Shown here: in pieces, positions 1 through 11,600 of the stretch | Position numbering within the stretch: the first letter of the stretch is position 1 | How the letters are laid out: each line of letters begins with the position of its first letter | Source: Paraspadella gotoi | Lineage: Eukaryota; Animalia; Chaetognatha | Direction of reading: 5' to 3' | DNA: 64,000 bases | Assembly (NCBI GenBank): GCA_051294375.1 | Contig: CM119266.1 | Span: 26,897,932-26,961,931 of the forward strand | Position numbers and translations under genes: made by a program | Notes under the pieces: generated by a model | Told to the model about the DNA's origin: nothing | Seen by the model: only the letters and a program-made list of their open reading frames with translations | Databases searched by the model: none

Positions 1-972
1 TGCCAGACGTGGCAGCATTCTATGTGCTTTATTCTTCCTGAGGTATTAACTTGGTAAAATTTTGATGGGCTTGCAATCTTACCTTTCCCGAAATTACCAT
101 TGTTTCCTCAGGACGAAGACGATGAATCGTATCTCTGCTATGTCTGTTCACACCCTCCTGGAATACGCGACAGCAAGCGCCGCCTCGAGGAGGTAGAGGA
201 CTATCTCTTGTCTGGCGAGTTGACGCGTCTTCCCCGTCCCGCTCCTACATCCGCCGCCGGAGCCCTCATTCCATTATCCCTTGATACTCGGCCTCGAATC
301 ACCTACGGAAAGAACGATGGCGCTGGGGACGCGAGCTCCTCCAGTTCAAACTCTCTCGACAATCTCGCCGCCGTCAATTTGAGGGGCCACGAATCCCAAG
401 CGGGATTCTTTAAGACGGTGGGAGCGGCGGTCAACGCCGTTGCCGCTGATGTCAGACGAGTGGAAGACTGTCTTCATGGCACCAAGCTGAGAATGCACAG
501 GCTAAAGGCTCTGGTCGACAGCAAATTGCAGCCACCGGCCAAAGAATACCGTCCGACGACGTCATCCGATTCCAAGGATAACGATAATACAGTGACCCTT
601 CGTCCCGAACCAGACTGGGCGGCGTTGTTGACAAAAAGTGCCGAAGAGATCGGCGTCACTCATGACGCCCTCGAACGCCGTTTGGACGCGCTCGAGGCGG
701 AGATGGACGCCGCGGAGGAGATTTGGGACGCGTCCGACGAATTCGTATCATTGCCTCCAGGCAAGAGACCGCGACCTTCCGTCGACGCTGGCGGTGATCG
801 GGCGAACGACACCAGCGGTTCTACACCGCCTGTGGCTGGGCAAAAGGCTCTCGGGGATCGCAGCAAAGAAGAAGTTGAGAACACGTTGCGCATCAAACGC
901 GCTCTTCGCGGTCTCGTCGCTGATTTGAATACGGTTCAGCGGATAGCGTTTTTGAGAACGGTCAAAGAATGA
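1..972 (+). CDS. PHF20: PHF20/PHF20L1-like PHD finger protein, last two exons (1-42, 112-972); 5' end lies outside the window
   Basis: Splicing the GT-AG intron 43-111 gives CQTWQHSMCFILPEDEDDESYLCYVCSHPPG, which matches the PHF20-family PHD end (CxxWQHSxC...YxCYxCxxPPG). A coiled-coil tail follows, and AATAAA is at 1063. Confidence 0.8.
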
Positions 973-1140
973 TTGGTAAAGAAGAAAGTAACTTCCGGAT
1001 ATACGTTTTTTTTTCTGAATCTGACCTACCGTTGGATATTTGTTTTTTGTTTCATCCAGCAGAATAAATGTGAATAGTGTTAAATTTTAAATTGTGTTAT
1101 TTTCTGGTTCAGTTTCGGCAGTTTTTTTTTCTCGGCTAAA

Positions 1141-3426
1141 ATGGTTGATCCGTTCAAGAATCAACAATCCCCACCGCCTCCGATTGGGTTCGCTACCCAA
1201 CCTTATCCGAACCAGGCCCCTCCGCCCTATAACACCGCCGCTCCTTATCCTGCGGCTGCTCCCTACCCAGGGGCCGTTCCATTTCAAGGGGCCGCAGGAC
1301 CTTTTCCTGGAGCATCTGCGCCCTTCCCGGACGCTCCGGGGGTTCCTCCGACAAGGCCGCCTTTTCCACCTGGTAAGTTATTTTTATTTAATTATTAATT
1401 CTAAGGACTTAGGAAAAAATTTTCCTACTCTATTCCTATAGTCAAGAAAAATTTTATTTAAATATTCGCTTATGAAATTTATTGTTTTTAATTAAAATTT
1501 AAATGTCAAATTGTATGTTATAATCATTCATTACAGTATTACCACCAATGCGACTATCTAATTTTAACCGTAAGTTGACTTCCGAATATTTCTCCTTAAT
1601 TCTCTGGGGAATTCTCCGTATTCACTGACAAATTAGATAATGGCCCGTTTTCTGCCGTGACAGTGTCTCCTTTTCGCTCGTAGTTTAGGTCAACGATAAA
1701 CACAGAATTTGCGGTGATTCCTCTAACACGTTTTATTAATACTAATATACTACGCCTCCTTTAGTCAGCCGTCGACAACTAATCCAAAGATTTCTTGCAT
1801 GGTCTTCTTACATTTTTGTCGTAAACTATCTCCTCTTCCCCAGCCTCGTCTGATATGTACGGTTCTAACGACGATGGAGCCCCGCTCAATAACGCCGAGA
1901 CGGGCGCTTTTGGCTTCTCCGAGAAAACCATCAGAATGGGTAAGATTAAATGCAAGAGTTTATTTGCTTGTGCCATAAGGAATGACTAAAACTTAAACAG
2001 CAGCATAATTACCTTTTTGTCATTATTCTGTTTTGCTGAACCTTGGCAAGCCAATTCTGGGCAGCCTCAAAACCATGCGCCTTCAATGACGGCGCCCCCT
2101 GTCGCGAGTGCCGCGTTCGGTAGTACTTCCCCTTCCACGGCGAACCTCGTCACCATTAACAAACCCGGGCGAAGCGTTTCATCCTTTTTCCAAATAACGC
2201 CGTCTTTTACCTTTTCAGAAAAATCAATACGGACCGGTATGGGTCTATCATTTGCACGTCGGGATGACTCACAGATCTCACAACCTCAATTAGGAAGCAC
2301 ATATAAAATTTATTTTTCACTGCAGAAATAAGCGTCCGATTCGTGGCGAATATGCGTCTGCAATCTCATTGCTTTCTTTTTCCCCTTCTCTCAGCTTTTA
2401 TTCGGAAAGTTTACGGGATTCTTACCGTCCAGTTGTGCGTAACCATCGCCATCATCTGTCTGTTCTTTTTCACGTAAGTTCGAAATTCCTTTACCGTGTT
2501 TTCCCCTGTCGTGATAAAAGGCTGGCGTCCTCACGATCATCTTTTACTTTCAGGAAGGGGTTGAAAGATTACGTTCATTCAAACCCTTGGGTCTTATACG
2601 TGGCATTAGCTGTGACTTTTGTGTGCATCATCGCTCTCGGATGCTGTCCCGGCGTTCGGAGATCTTACCCAATGAATTTCATCTTCCTGGGAATTTTTGT
2701 AAGGCAATGTTAAAGGTTTTTATTGTCTTAGATTGACTCTAAAATAGATAAATTTTTAACTCATTGTAGACGCTCTGCGAGGGATTTTTGCTCGGAGTCG
2801 TTGCCAGTCGCTATGACACCATTACTGTTCTTATTGCCGCCGGGATTTGCGCTGTAAGTTCACAATGTTAACGTTTAATTGGTTTATGACGAAAAGTTTA
2901 AAATAAAAATTTAAACCGAGTGTTCGTAAAAAACAATATTTCTTTCTTGTTCAGGTGGTTGTTTTAAGTCTTACCATCTTCGCATTTCAAACGAAGATCG
3001 ATTTTACCATGTGCGGCGGATTTTTATTCGTCGCTCTCATCGTTCTCGTTTGTTTCGGATTCGTAATGATCTTCTGGCGGAATAACGTACGAATCCGATG
3101 ACCTTCCTACAGTATCAACGAAATCATAGTTATTCCATTGTTTGCTCCGGTTTCTCCTAGGTGGCCTATTTAATCTACAGCTGCATTGGGGCCCTCATCT
3201 TTAGTCTTTACATCGTCTTCGACACCCAAATAATGCTGGGCGGAAAACACAAGTAAGAATCTGAAGAGTAACGAATTTCTCGCCATTTTATATTTTGATA
3301 TTTTTTACATTAATCAGGTACGCAATATCCCCGGAGGAGCACATCTTCGCCGCCCTCAATTTGTATCTCGACATTGTACAATTGTTCATGTTCCTTCTTT
3401 CCATTGTGGGTTCCGCCAGAGACTGA
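1141..3426 (+). CDS. Lfg: Lifeguard / TMBIM (GRINA/FAIM2-like) Bax inhibitor-1 family membrane protein
   Basis: Pro-rich N-terminus. Exons 1141-1372, 1844-1939 (or 2051-2236), 2395-2473, 2554-2698, 2770-2853, 2955-3086, 3161-3252, 3318-3426 give FIRKVYGIL, RRSYPMNFIFL, FQTKIDFT, VFDTQIMLGGKH and SPEEHIFAALNLYLDIV. Confidence 0.95.
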
Positions 3427-4013
3427 GGCAAAAAACTCTGGCGATAAAGGAAAAAGAACTAACAAAAGCAAAACTCTGGACCTCCAGGATTGATCTGCTT
3501 CTTCCACAAAATCACGTTTTTTTTTTCCCTTTTTCCAGCGCCCATGCTTCCCTTTGCTGAGTGACTTGAATTCGAAGTGGTTCTTTTGCTCAGATTTCTT
3601 TATTTTTGTTAACTGCTTGGAATTTTTCGATCTGACATGATCTGATACATCATTTAGTTATTAAACCATTTTGATTCCGTTTTTTGATTTGCGGGTTTTA
3701 TTTATTTTTTTTCTAAAGCAACATTTTTAAAAATCTTTGTCCTTCCCCTTTGAAATCATACTTTTGTAGTTGTCTCTTCCATGTACCAAAACCTTTGCTT
3801 TATGTCAACTTCTATAATCTTCCGTCATCAGTGAAGTCTGTGGTTAGATTCGATATTGAACGGGGAGGATGCAATCCAACTGTTCGCGCGATAGTTTGAT
3901 GCTTACATAATGGCGACAAAGAACCGGTAAGCTTTGAAACGATCTTTTGAATAGTAGTTTGTTTTTAGTAGTTTGTTTAGTTTTGTAACTAATTCATGTT
4001 GGTTTGAAACTTA

Positions 4014-4559
4014 CTATCTAGGAAAAAAGTATATCACATAATTCATTTATTCAATAAAAAATATATAAAATATGGGTAAAATATTTTAAATATTTAGTAT
4101 GCCTTTTTTAGTATTGATTTTTGTTTACATTCATCTGGGTATGCTTTGATACAGCAAATTGAGGTAAATTGAGGTATGACAATAAAATATTTTTCCATAT
4201 CTTAAACGCAATTTTTTTGGAAATTATAGTAATATTTTTTTTTACTAAAAAGAGGTATAAAGCTTTTAGCATTATTAAATTAAAAAAAATTAAAATAATT
4301 AATTTTATTTGAAATAAAAATAAATAATTAAATACCAAAAATGGTAACAAATTAAATTAATTTTTTTTAACATTTTTTATTTGAAATAATAATATTTTTT
4401 TGCCTTTAACTTTTATACGATTCGACCTATAAAAAATGCAAGTAAACTACTGAAAAAAAATTTAATATAAATTTAAAAAATATTTTAATTTTTTTAAATT
4501 AAACAAATTTTTGAGTAGATATCTTTGTTAAAATTGTGATATACTTTTTTCCTAGTTAG
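4014..4559. mobile_element. MITE with ~28-bp TIRs and TA target duplication (Tc1/mariner-type)
   Basis: TA|CTATCTAGGAAAAAAGTATATCACA ... TGTGATATACTTTTTTCCTAGTTAG|TA, with an AT-rich non-coding interior. Confidence 0.8.
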
Positions 4560-5482
4560 TATAACCGTTTTTTGTGTCTTAATGCATATTCTTTTACGCT
4601 TAAATCGAATCTTCCTTCGATTTTAAAATTTAAATTTCTAGTCAATCCACTCTTCTGTGTAAATCCCAAGCTGCTATAAAAAAATTACCATGTGCAACAA
4701 TTGACAATTAATTTGGTAATGTACAATTTGTACATAGTCATAGGTAGTCAGAAGTCAAAGTTTAGCTATGGCTCGTTATTTCATTACGTTGAAGACGCTG
4801 TCGGATCAGCGACACGGAGAAAAGATTTCGCCTCAACGCTCATTGGCGGATCAAGCGAAAACTAACGAATCAGAGATCGACAAGAAATAGCACAGACTAA
4901 AAGAGTTTACATTTTATGAAAATTGAAACGTTTTTTGATGATTGCTTGTGAAATACTTAATGTACAATTACGATCATTGTATTATTAGATTCTACAAAAT
5001 TGTACCTTTAATTCGATATGTATTTTCACAATGTTTATTGCATTTATCAATTCATAAACATTCTATTTGTATGTTTAAAATAGCAAACGGATCCGGTGTT
5101 AGGGTGAAAATACCAAGTGCTTTCGATCAGGTCCGATCGCGATATACATAAACATTGTATTTTTGTCAATTGTCGCTGGTTATTATTTTTCGATAATAAA
5201 CTTTACGTCTACATTAAAAAGTGCTCCTTTACTCGACTTAATTTTCTTTAGCATTTCCTCTAAGAGGTATCAATCCGTATAAATCTAAGAGGTATAAATC
5301 TAAGAGGTATCAATCCGTATAAATCCCCAACGATCTTGACGTTAGTCTTTTGGTTGGAAATCTTCCGGCCTCCGGTTGGTGAGCGAGCCTCCAGCCTTCT
5401 CTCCTCGTATTGGCCGATCTCGTTCTCAACCAGCGCAACACACCCAGGAAAAAGGATTCCAAATGGTAGTGGACGAGAACAA

Positions 5483-5530
5483 TCACGTGACCAATACAAG
5501 TGATTCACTGTCTCGTAGAATCTGACGTCA
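5483..5530 (+). promoter_or_regulatory. Candidate ALIX proximal promoter: E-box/CLEAR-like TCACGTGAC, CCAAT and CRE TGACGTCA
   Basis: Motifs at 5483-5491, 5491-5495 and 5523-5530, 110-160 bp upstream of the ALIX ATG. Confidence 0.45.
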
Positions 5531-5641
5531 CTTAATTTATAAATTTCATTCTTCGGCTTAAACTTTAAAAGTAAAAGGATATTAATTCGAGAAAAACGAT
5601 AAAAAATTGTTTCCCCCTCACGATTTTTTTGCGAGAAAAAA

Positions 5642-8600
5642 ATGACGGAATACCTCGCGGTTCCGTTAAAGAAACCGAGCGAGGTGGATTTGGCGAAGCC
5701 GCTCAAACGGTTCGTGGAAGCGACTTACGTTTCCAAAGGCGAAACCATCGACCAGTTCCTTACACCCATCGCCGAGTTCAACAAGTTAAGAAGCAACGCC
5801 ATCTCCAAGTCACTGGACAGGCACGAGTCTGGACTGGAGGCTCTCTACAGGTGATTTAATTAAGGGAAGATCGGCCTTTGAAATTTGAGTATGTTGATTG
5901 GTATTAACTAATTAACCGTATTATATTCATTTCGTTTTCTACAGATATTACGATCAACTGGTCGCAACGGAAAATAAGCTTCCCATTCAGCCGGGACAGG
6001 TACTTTTGGGAAATTTGTCGCTAGTCATCAGATATAAATATTGCAAAGAATTATCTAAAATTAAAGTTAACAATTACTTCCCTAAATGCAATGCTGAGTC
6101 TGAGGTCACAATTTGGTTGCTGAATGTCAAACATCCTGAATTAATGAACGCTTGAAACTCATGACGTTAAAATAGTTTCACCGTTTATAAAGTGTTGGAT
6201 TGGTAGTTATTCATAATTAGTGCATTTTTTCAGATTAACATAACCTTTAAATGGACGGACTCTTTCGATCGCGGCGGTATTTTTGGGAAAGCCTCCATGT
6301 CGGTGCCGAGTGGCGCCTTCGAGAAGTTTTGTTGGATGTTCAACATCGCGGCGCTGCAGTCAGGCGTCGCCGTCGTGCAGAACCACGAGGACGACGAGCA
6401 GTTAAAGAACGCCGCCAAGTGAGCGTTTCTTCTTTGTCCTGGCGATCCCGCGATTCCGCCGCCCATTTTTATTTCCAGTTTTCCCTCCGTCTGCGCAGAT
6501 ACTTCCAGCAAGCCGCCGGCATCTTCGCCCACCTCAAGGACCACATGTTGTCTTCGTGCGGCGGGCAGGAGCCTACCCCTGATCTCCGTCCGGACTCTTT
6601 GCACGCCCTGTCCGCTCTCATGCTGGCACAGGGTCAAGAGGTCATCTGCCGGAAGGCACTCAAGGACAAGATGAAGGACTTGATCGTAGCGAAGCTTGCG
6701 CAACAGTGCAGCGACCTGTACTCCGATGCCATGAAGTTGGCGCAGCTGCAGTCGATTAGGGATCAGTGGCCGAGGGTAACGCGTTTTGACTTTAGTAGAA
6801 TTTAAGTGGGGAAATATCTAAGAACGTGTTACGAGGTGGATGATACCGACGGTGGTTTGTCCATTGCCATGTGTTGTTTGTGTCGATAAAAAAGTTGTAT
6901 CCTGAACAGTTTAAAATTTAAAAAATATTCTAATGTTTTCTTTTTAGGAATGGGTCCCAACCATGGCAGCCAAACAGGCGGGCCTCCACGGTCTGGCGCA
7001 GTATCATCAGTCTTGCGTTTGCAAGGGCGCCAATTCTTATGGCGAGGAGATTGCCCGACTCGATTACGCACACGAACTTTTCACCACTGCCAAGGAGCGA
7101 TGCAAGGATCAAGTGAAGTTTTCGGAATGGTTCGAAAAAGTCGATAAGGCCAGAACCGCCGGTGAGTTTTTGTGGTTACTGGTTAGTTTAGTGGTTCAAA
7201 CTTCAAAGTTGTAATAATTTGTTCATCCTCAATCAAAAAATCATGGATTTTAATCGATATATATTTTTCTTTCTTTAAAGCCAAAAAGGACAACGACTTT
7301 ATTTACCACGAGAAAGTACCGGAACGGAAGTCACTCAGCGCTATCGGCAAAGCGGTCATGGCGAAGGCACTACCCATCGCCAAACCCATGAGCCCAAATT
7401 CAAAGGTAAGTCTGAAGGTTGACAGGCAAAGTGAGCTTCTTTCTTTGTCGGATTTAAATAAAATGTTATCTAGTTTTTATTTTATTAAAAAGGACATGTT
7501 CGAAAACCTCGTGCCCCTTGATGTTCATAATGCGATGGTCGAGTACGATTCGAAGAAGGGCGGCCTCATTCAAAACGAGATCGGGAGAATGAGAGAAGCC
7601 ACTCAGCTCATGAACGGGTTAAGTCTATTTCCCCCTTTCGCTTTTTCCCTCCCAACTTTTTTTCTCTTTTAAATTGGGTTTTCAATAACAGAGTTCTAAA
7701 CTCGTTGAACCTCCCCGCCGCCATCGAAGACATAACCGGAACTTCCGTTCCTTCTTCGCTCTTGGAAAAATCGCAGAAGGTTCGACAGTTGGGAGGGATC
7801 GAATTCATCGACCGGCTCATGTCGGAGTTACCGGAGTTGTTGCAAAGGTTAGTTTCTCTCGAGAAAAGTCTACGGTATTTCGATTCACCTGATTCACCAT
7901 CATAACGATACCAAAGCACATGATCAACCCTTTGGTTTAAATTAAAGTTAGGATAAAGTTTGAATTCGAAATATTTGGCGAAAGATTCTTTATATACCCC
8001 CGTGTCCGTTCGCGAGTGACACCAAAAAAATCTTTACTATACTTTAAATATTTAATAAACAGAATTAATAAGTATATCATTAGTTGGAGAACTACTTGAC
8101 GTTTTTTATGTATAAGTTTTATTTCGTGTTTAATTCATTTACTATTCTTTGTTTAATTTTTTATCTAACACAGTAAAATTGGCAAAAAAGACCATTTTAG
8201 GCGTGTTCTTGATTGAATTTTTAAAAGATTTTATATCATACGAAATCCCAATTAATGGTCTAATCAATGGTTTATCTGAATTATCGTAATGTTGAGTAAT
8301 TTTCGAGTAATGATTTTTTATTTTATTTATTCGTCCAATTAGAAAAAAATGCTATCCTGGGCATGTTTGTGACTGTTTTGAGTAATTATTTTATATCGTA
8401 AGGATTCCCAGATAATTCTTAATTTAATAGTGTAAATGAATTTTAATAATTTTAAATATTTAATGAGTAATTAATTTATAATGATTTTATTTTTTTAAAA
8501 AGATTCAGTTATTTACTGAAGATGAAATTTAATGACCATTGAAAAAAAGTTGTTTTACATATGTAAATATCAAATTAATCTTATGAAATAAAAGTATAAT

Positions 8601-11600
8601 AAACGTCAAGTACTTTGCTACAGAATGAGGAAAAAAAATTTAAAAAATATTTATTCAATGAGAAAGGGTACACATTTTTTTGGTGTCACTCGCGAATAGA
8701 CACGGGGTATGACTTATATATGACTTTTTAACAGGAATGATGTATTGTACTCTAATCTTGCGTTGTATAGATGCTCCCTCTATATCCAGAAGACAACACT
8801 GACCTCCACCACCCAAAAATGAAATATTAGATATTATGGCAACGGGAGGATTACCTGTGATACCCGGGGCGAGGGGTATCTCACCAACTGGCGTTAGGGG
8901 CTGTGGACCCTCAGTGACCGCCTCCTATCACTGTATGTTTAGACCGGCTCCGTCACAATTAGGCCAGAACCGGGATACCCAGGAATTGAACCTGGGATGC
9001 ACAGTTGAAACAAGATTATTTAGCCTGCTCACCCATTGAGACGAGGCTGAGGATGGACAGCAGTGAGGCAACTTTAAGTTTGCTACCACAGGATCCCCCC
9101 ACCAGATTTCTCCCCAGGGGTGTCAATCCTGAGAAGATTCTTGAGAGAAGGTGTTGATCTCATTGCCATAAGCTAGCGCATCTGGTGCGTTACCAGAGTA
9201 GGGCATATGCGTGATATGCATAGTATGCATGAGTATGCATTGCATACTCTATGCGATGTAAGCATGTGTACGGTGCACGGCAGTTGTGTGTTCGAAAGTA
9301 GGGTTAACCACTTATGGGGCGGGGTATCTCACCAACTGGTGTAAGGGCTGTGGACCCTCAGTGACCACCTTCTATCACTGGCATGTTTAGACCGGCTCCG
9401 TCACAATTAAGCCAGAACCGGGATACCCAGGCATTGAACCCGGGACGCACGGTTGAAACGAGATTGAGCCTGCTCAGCCATTGAGACGAGGCTGAGGATG
9501 TTCAGCAATCAGCAGTGAGGCAGCTTTAAGTTGTGCTGCCACAAAATAAAGATAAATAAAAATAAAAAAAAAACTATATATATAGTTAAATAGGGGTAAT
9601 TTTGCAAATTTTCATATTTTTATTTTCTGTGTGGTATTAAATAAAGTCTACAATATGCCTAAAACTCATCAATACGAATTGAGTATAGTCCGCTTTTCCG
9701 TGGCCTAAACGTTGAACGGTTCCACCTTATGATTTTCTTTCCTTTCTATCCCAAAGAAGCGACAGGGCGCGTCTCCCGCGGTGGATGTAAAAAGACGTAG
9801 AATTCCCGCCACAGCAATCGAAACGACCAGACCCCCGGCGCAGAAAGCAAAAAGCGCTGCGTAAAAAGAGACGGTCGCTGCCATATGCCATATTCAAAAG
9901 TAAAAAACGAAATACTCGCCCCATATATCGGTGACTTGTATTCCCTGTGTCGATCCTTCTCGACATAAATGATATGGGTCGTAACCTACTCTGGGTATCT
10001 TCCACTTTTCCTGCATCTTGTCGAAATCTCCCGTTTGTTGTGAATAATGTACAAAGGCATTGAATAATCGCCGCAGAACGATGGCTTATGGAATAATCGA
10101 GGAGTTTAATGGTTGTAAGGCAACTGGCCAATTGATCTCTTTTTCTATTTACCGCGATGTCGCTGTTTGTTGAATATGAGACCCAAATCTAGTTTCCATT
10201 CCGTCTGATCGTCGATCAATTGAAACTCGCAGTTTATTAATTCTTGTAAACAAGTAAATTTGACGTTATGTATTATTTAAAATTAGTTGAATTTTTTTTT
10301 TCCCTTACCTCTTGTAAGAATATCGTTTAAAGAAGAAGACATGTAAACAAAGGCTGTTGAATTGCCTACCAATCTTTTCAGTTCCGGTTTCGTGCAATAA
10401 GTCGTCTTGCATTCCTTTTTTTCGGGGAAATTAGGGAAATTTGGTTCACTTTTATTTCTAGACGTTTCTCCTGCCCTCCTCTTACTGGAAGCATCCAAGT
10501 TTCGCTGAGCGATCGATACTTTTCACGCAATTTTATCACGCCCTCTCCACCGTGTTCCTGGAGACTTTTCCGAAAGGCGACGCCTTGGTTGAAGAAGTAT
10601 TTCATAGATTTGTCGTTGGTGAGCGCCTCCAAAGAGTCCAACGAACCCCGCATTTTCATAAGAGTTAGACTCGAATTTAACTCGGCGCTGTAAAGGCTGT
10701 TTGACCGGATGTTAAGGTTTTGTTACATTTTCAGAAAAAATACTACTATTCTTACCTCAAGAGGACAAGAGTAAACCACAGCCATACCAGTCCGGCGATT
10801 CGGAGGGGCAGGTTGTATAAACTCGCTGTTGCCTTCATTCCCAAAAGCGAGTAGGCGAAAAACCAGTAAACTTGTCTTTTTTCCCCTCCATCCGCTCTGG
10901 TGTTTTCTTGTGATATTGGAAAGGCCCGATTGATAAAATTAAGCATAAAAGTTTGTTTACTGCTTTAATTTATAGTTGACAATTTGCCGCTTTAGTTTTT
11001 AATTTTACCTGTTCCTTTATTTGGTGCCATTTTATGCAGAGCTGATACGACGAGGAAAGAAAACAGCAGCATGCCTATTATGGTGTACCATGTTATAGCC
11101 GCAAAGGGATAGAATATCAACTGCCACTTCGTACTCTCCGTGTTTGTTCTGAATATGTTTAAAAAATGAATTGCTGTAGAATGTAGTCGTTCGTTTTAAA
11201 CGTCTTACTTGAAAAGAATTCCGAGACCCGTTCGTTGTAAGGGAACGGAGAAGTCGATCACTGACGCTCTTTGCGAGGTCATGCTAAAAAATTGCAGGCC
11301 CAGGTCTGCGTCTCCCCGAGCGACTTCTCCGATCATGCCTGATCATTATAATTACATGTCCAATTATAATTATAGATCCAATTTAAGTTGCGCAAGGCTA
11401 ATCTATGTTTATAACCATTCTTACTCAATGTTCGCTCTTACCATCAAAGATCTTCGCCGTATCGTTGCTGCCGGTGGGTTCTCCCCAAAGGCCGTCTCTA
11501 GATTGGCGCAGTTCATATTTAAAGTCGCAATAGTGTGTCGTAAGCTCGTTAAATAAGTCAACGATATATCCGGCCAGGAGCGTGCCGTTTGCGTCTTTCA

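Larger units (their letters stand above)
8835..9543 (-). mobile_element. Non-coding LTR retroelement (TRIM/retrozyme-like): 5'LTR 9543-9313, PBS ~9310-9293, internal region 222 bp, PPT ~9115-9091, 3'LTR 9090-8835
   Basis: Two direct repeats start TGTGG and end CCATA on the minus strand. TGGTTAACCCTAC lies 2 nt after the 5'LTR, and the purine tract GGGGAGAAATCTGGTGGGGGGA precedes the 3'LTR. Flanks are ATAT/AAAT (3 of 4 match). Confidence 0.8.

Noticed and set aside
3909-4890. Possible tiny two-exon gene (MATKNR... joined to ...MARYFITLK...DKK*) spanning the MITE
   Set aside because: Short, no recognisable homology, and the splice acceptor is ambiguous.
5260-5470. Short tandem repeat plus a GC-rich patch containing CTCCTCGT, resembling the HDV-ribozyme L3 loop
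   Set aside because: Flanking bases cannot form P3, and no nested double pseudoknot could be drawn.
8836-9039. Plus-strand ORFs [10 protein letters not shown]... and MATAGLPVMP... (26969) that look like related peptides
   Set aside because: They are antisense readings of the LTR/ribozyme. Frames are not conserved and the 39506 copy lacks the ATG.
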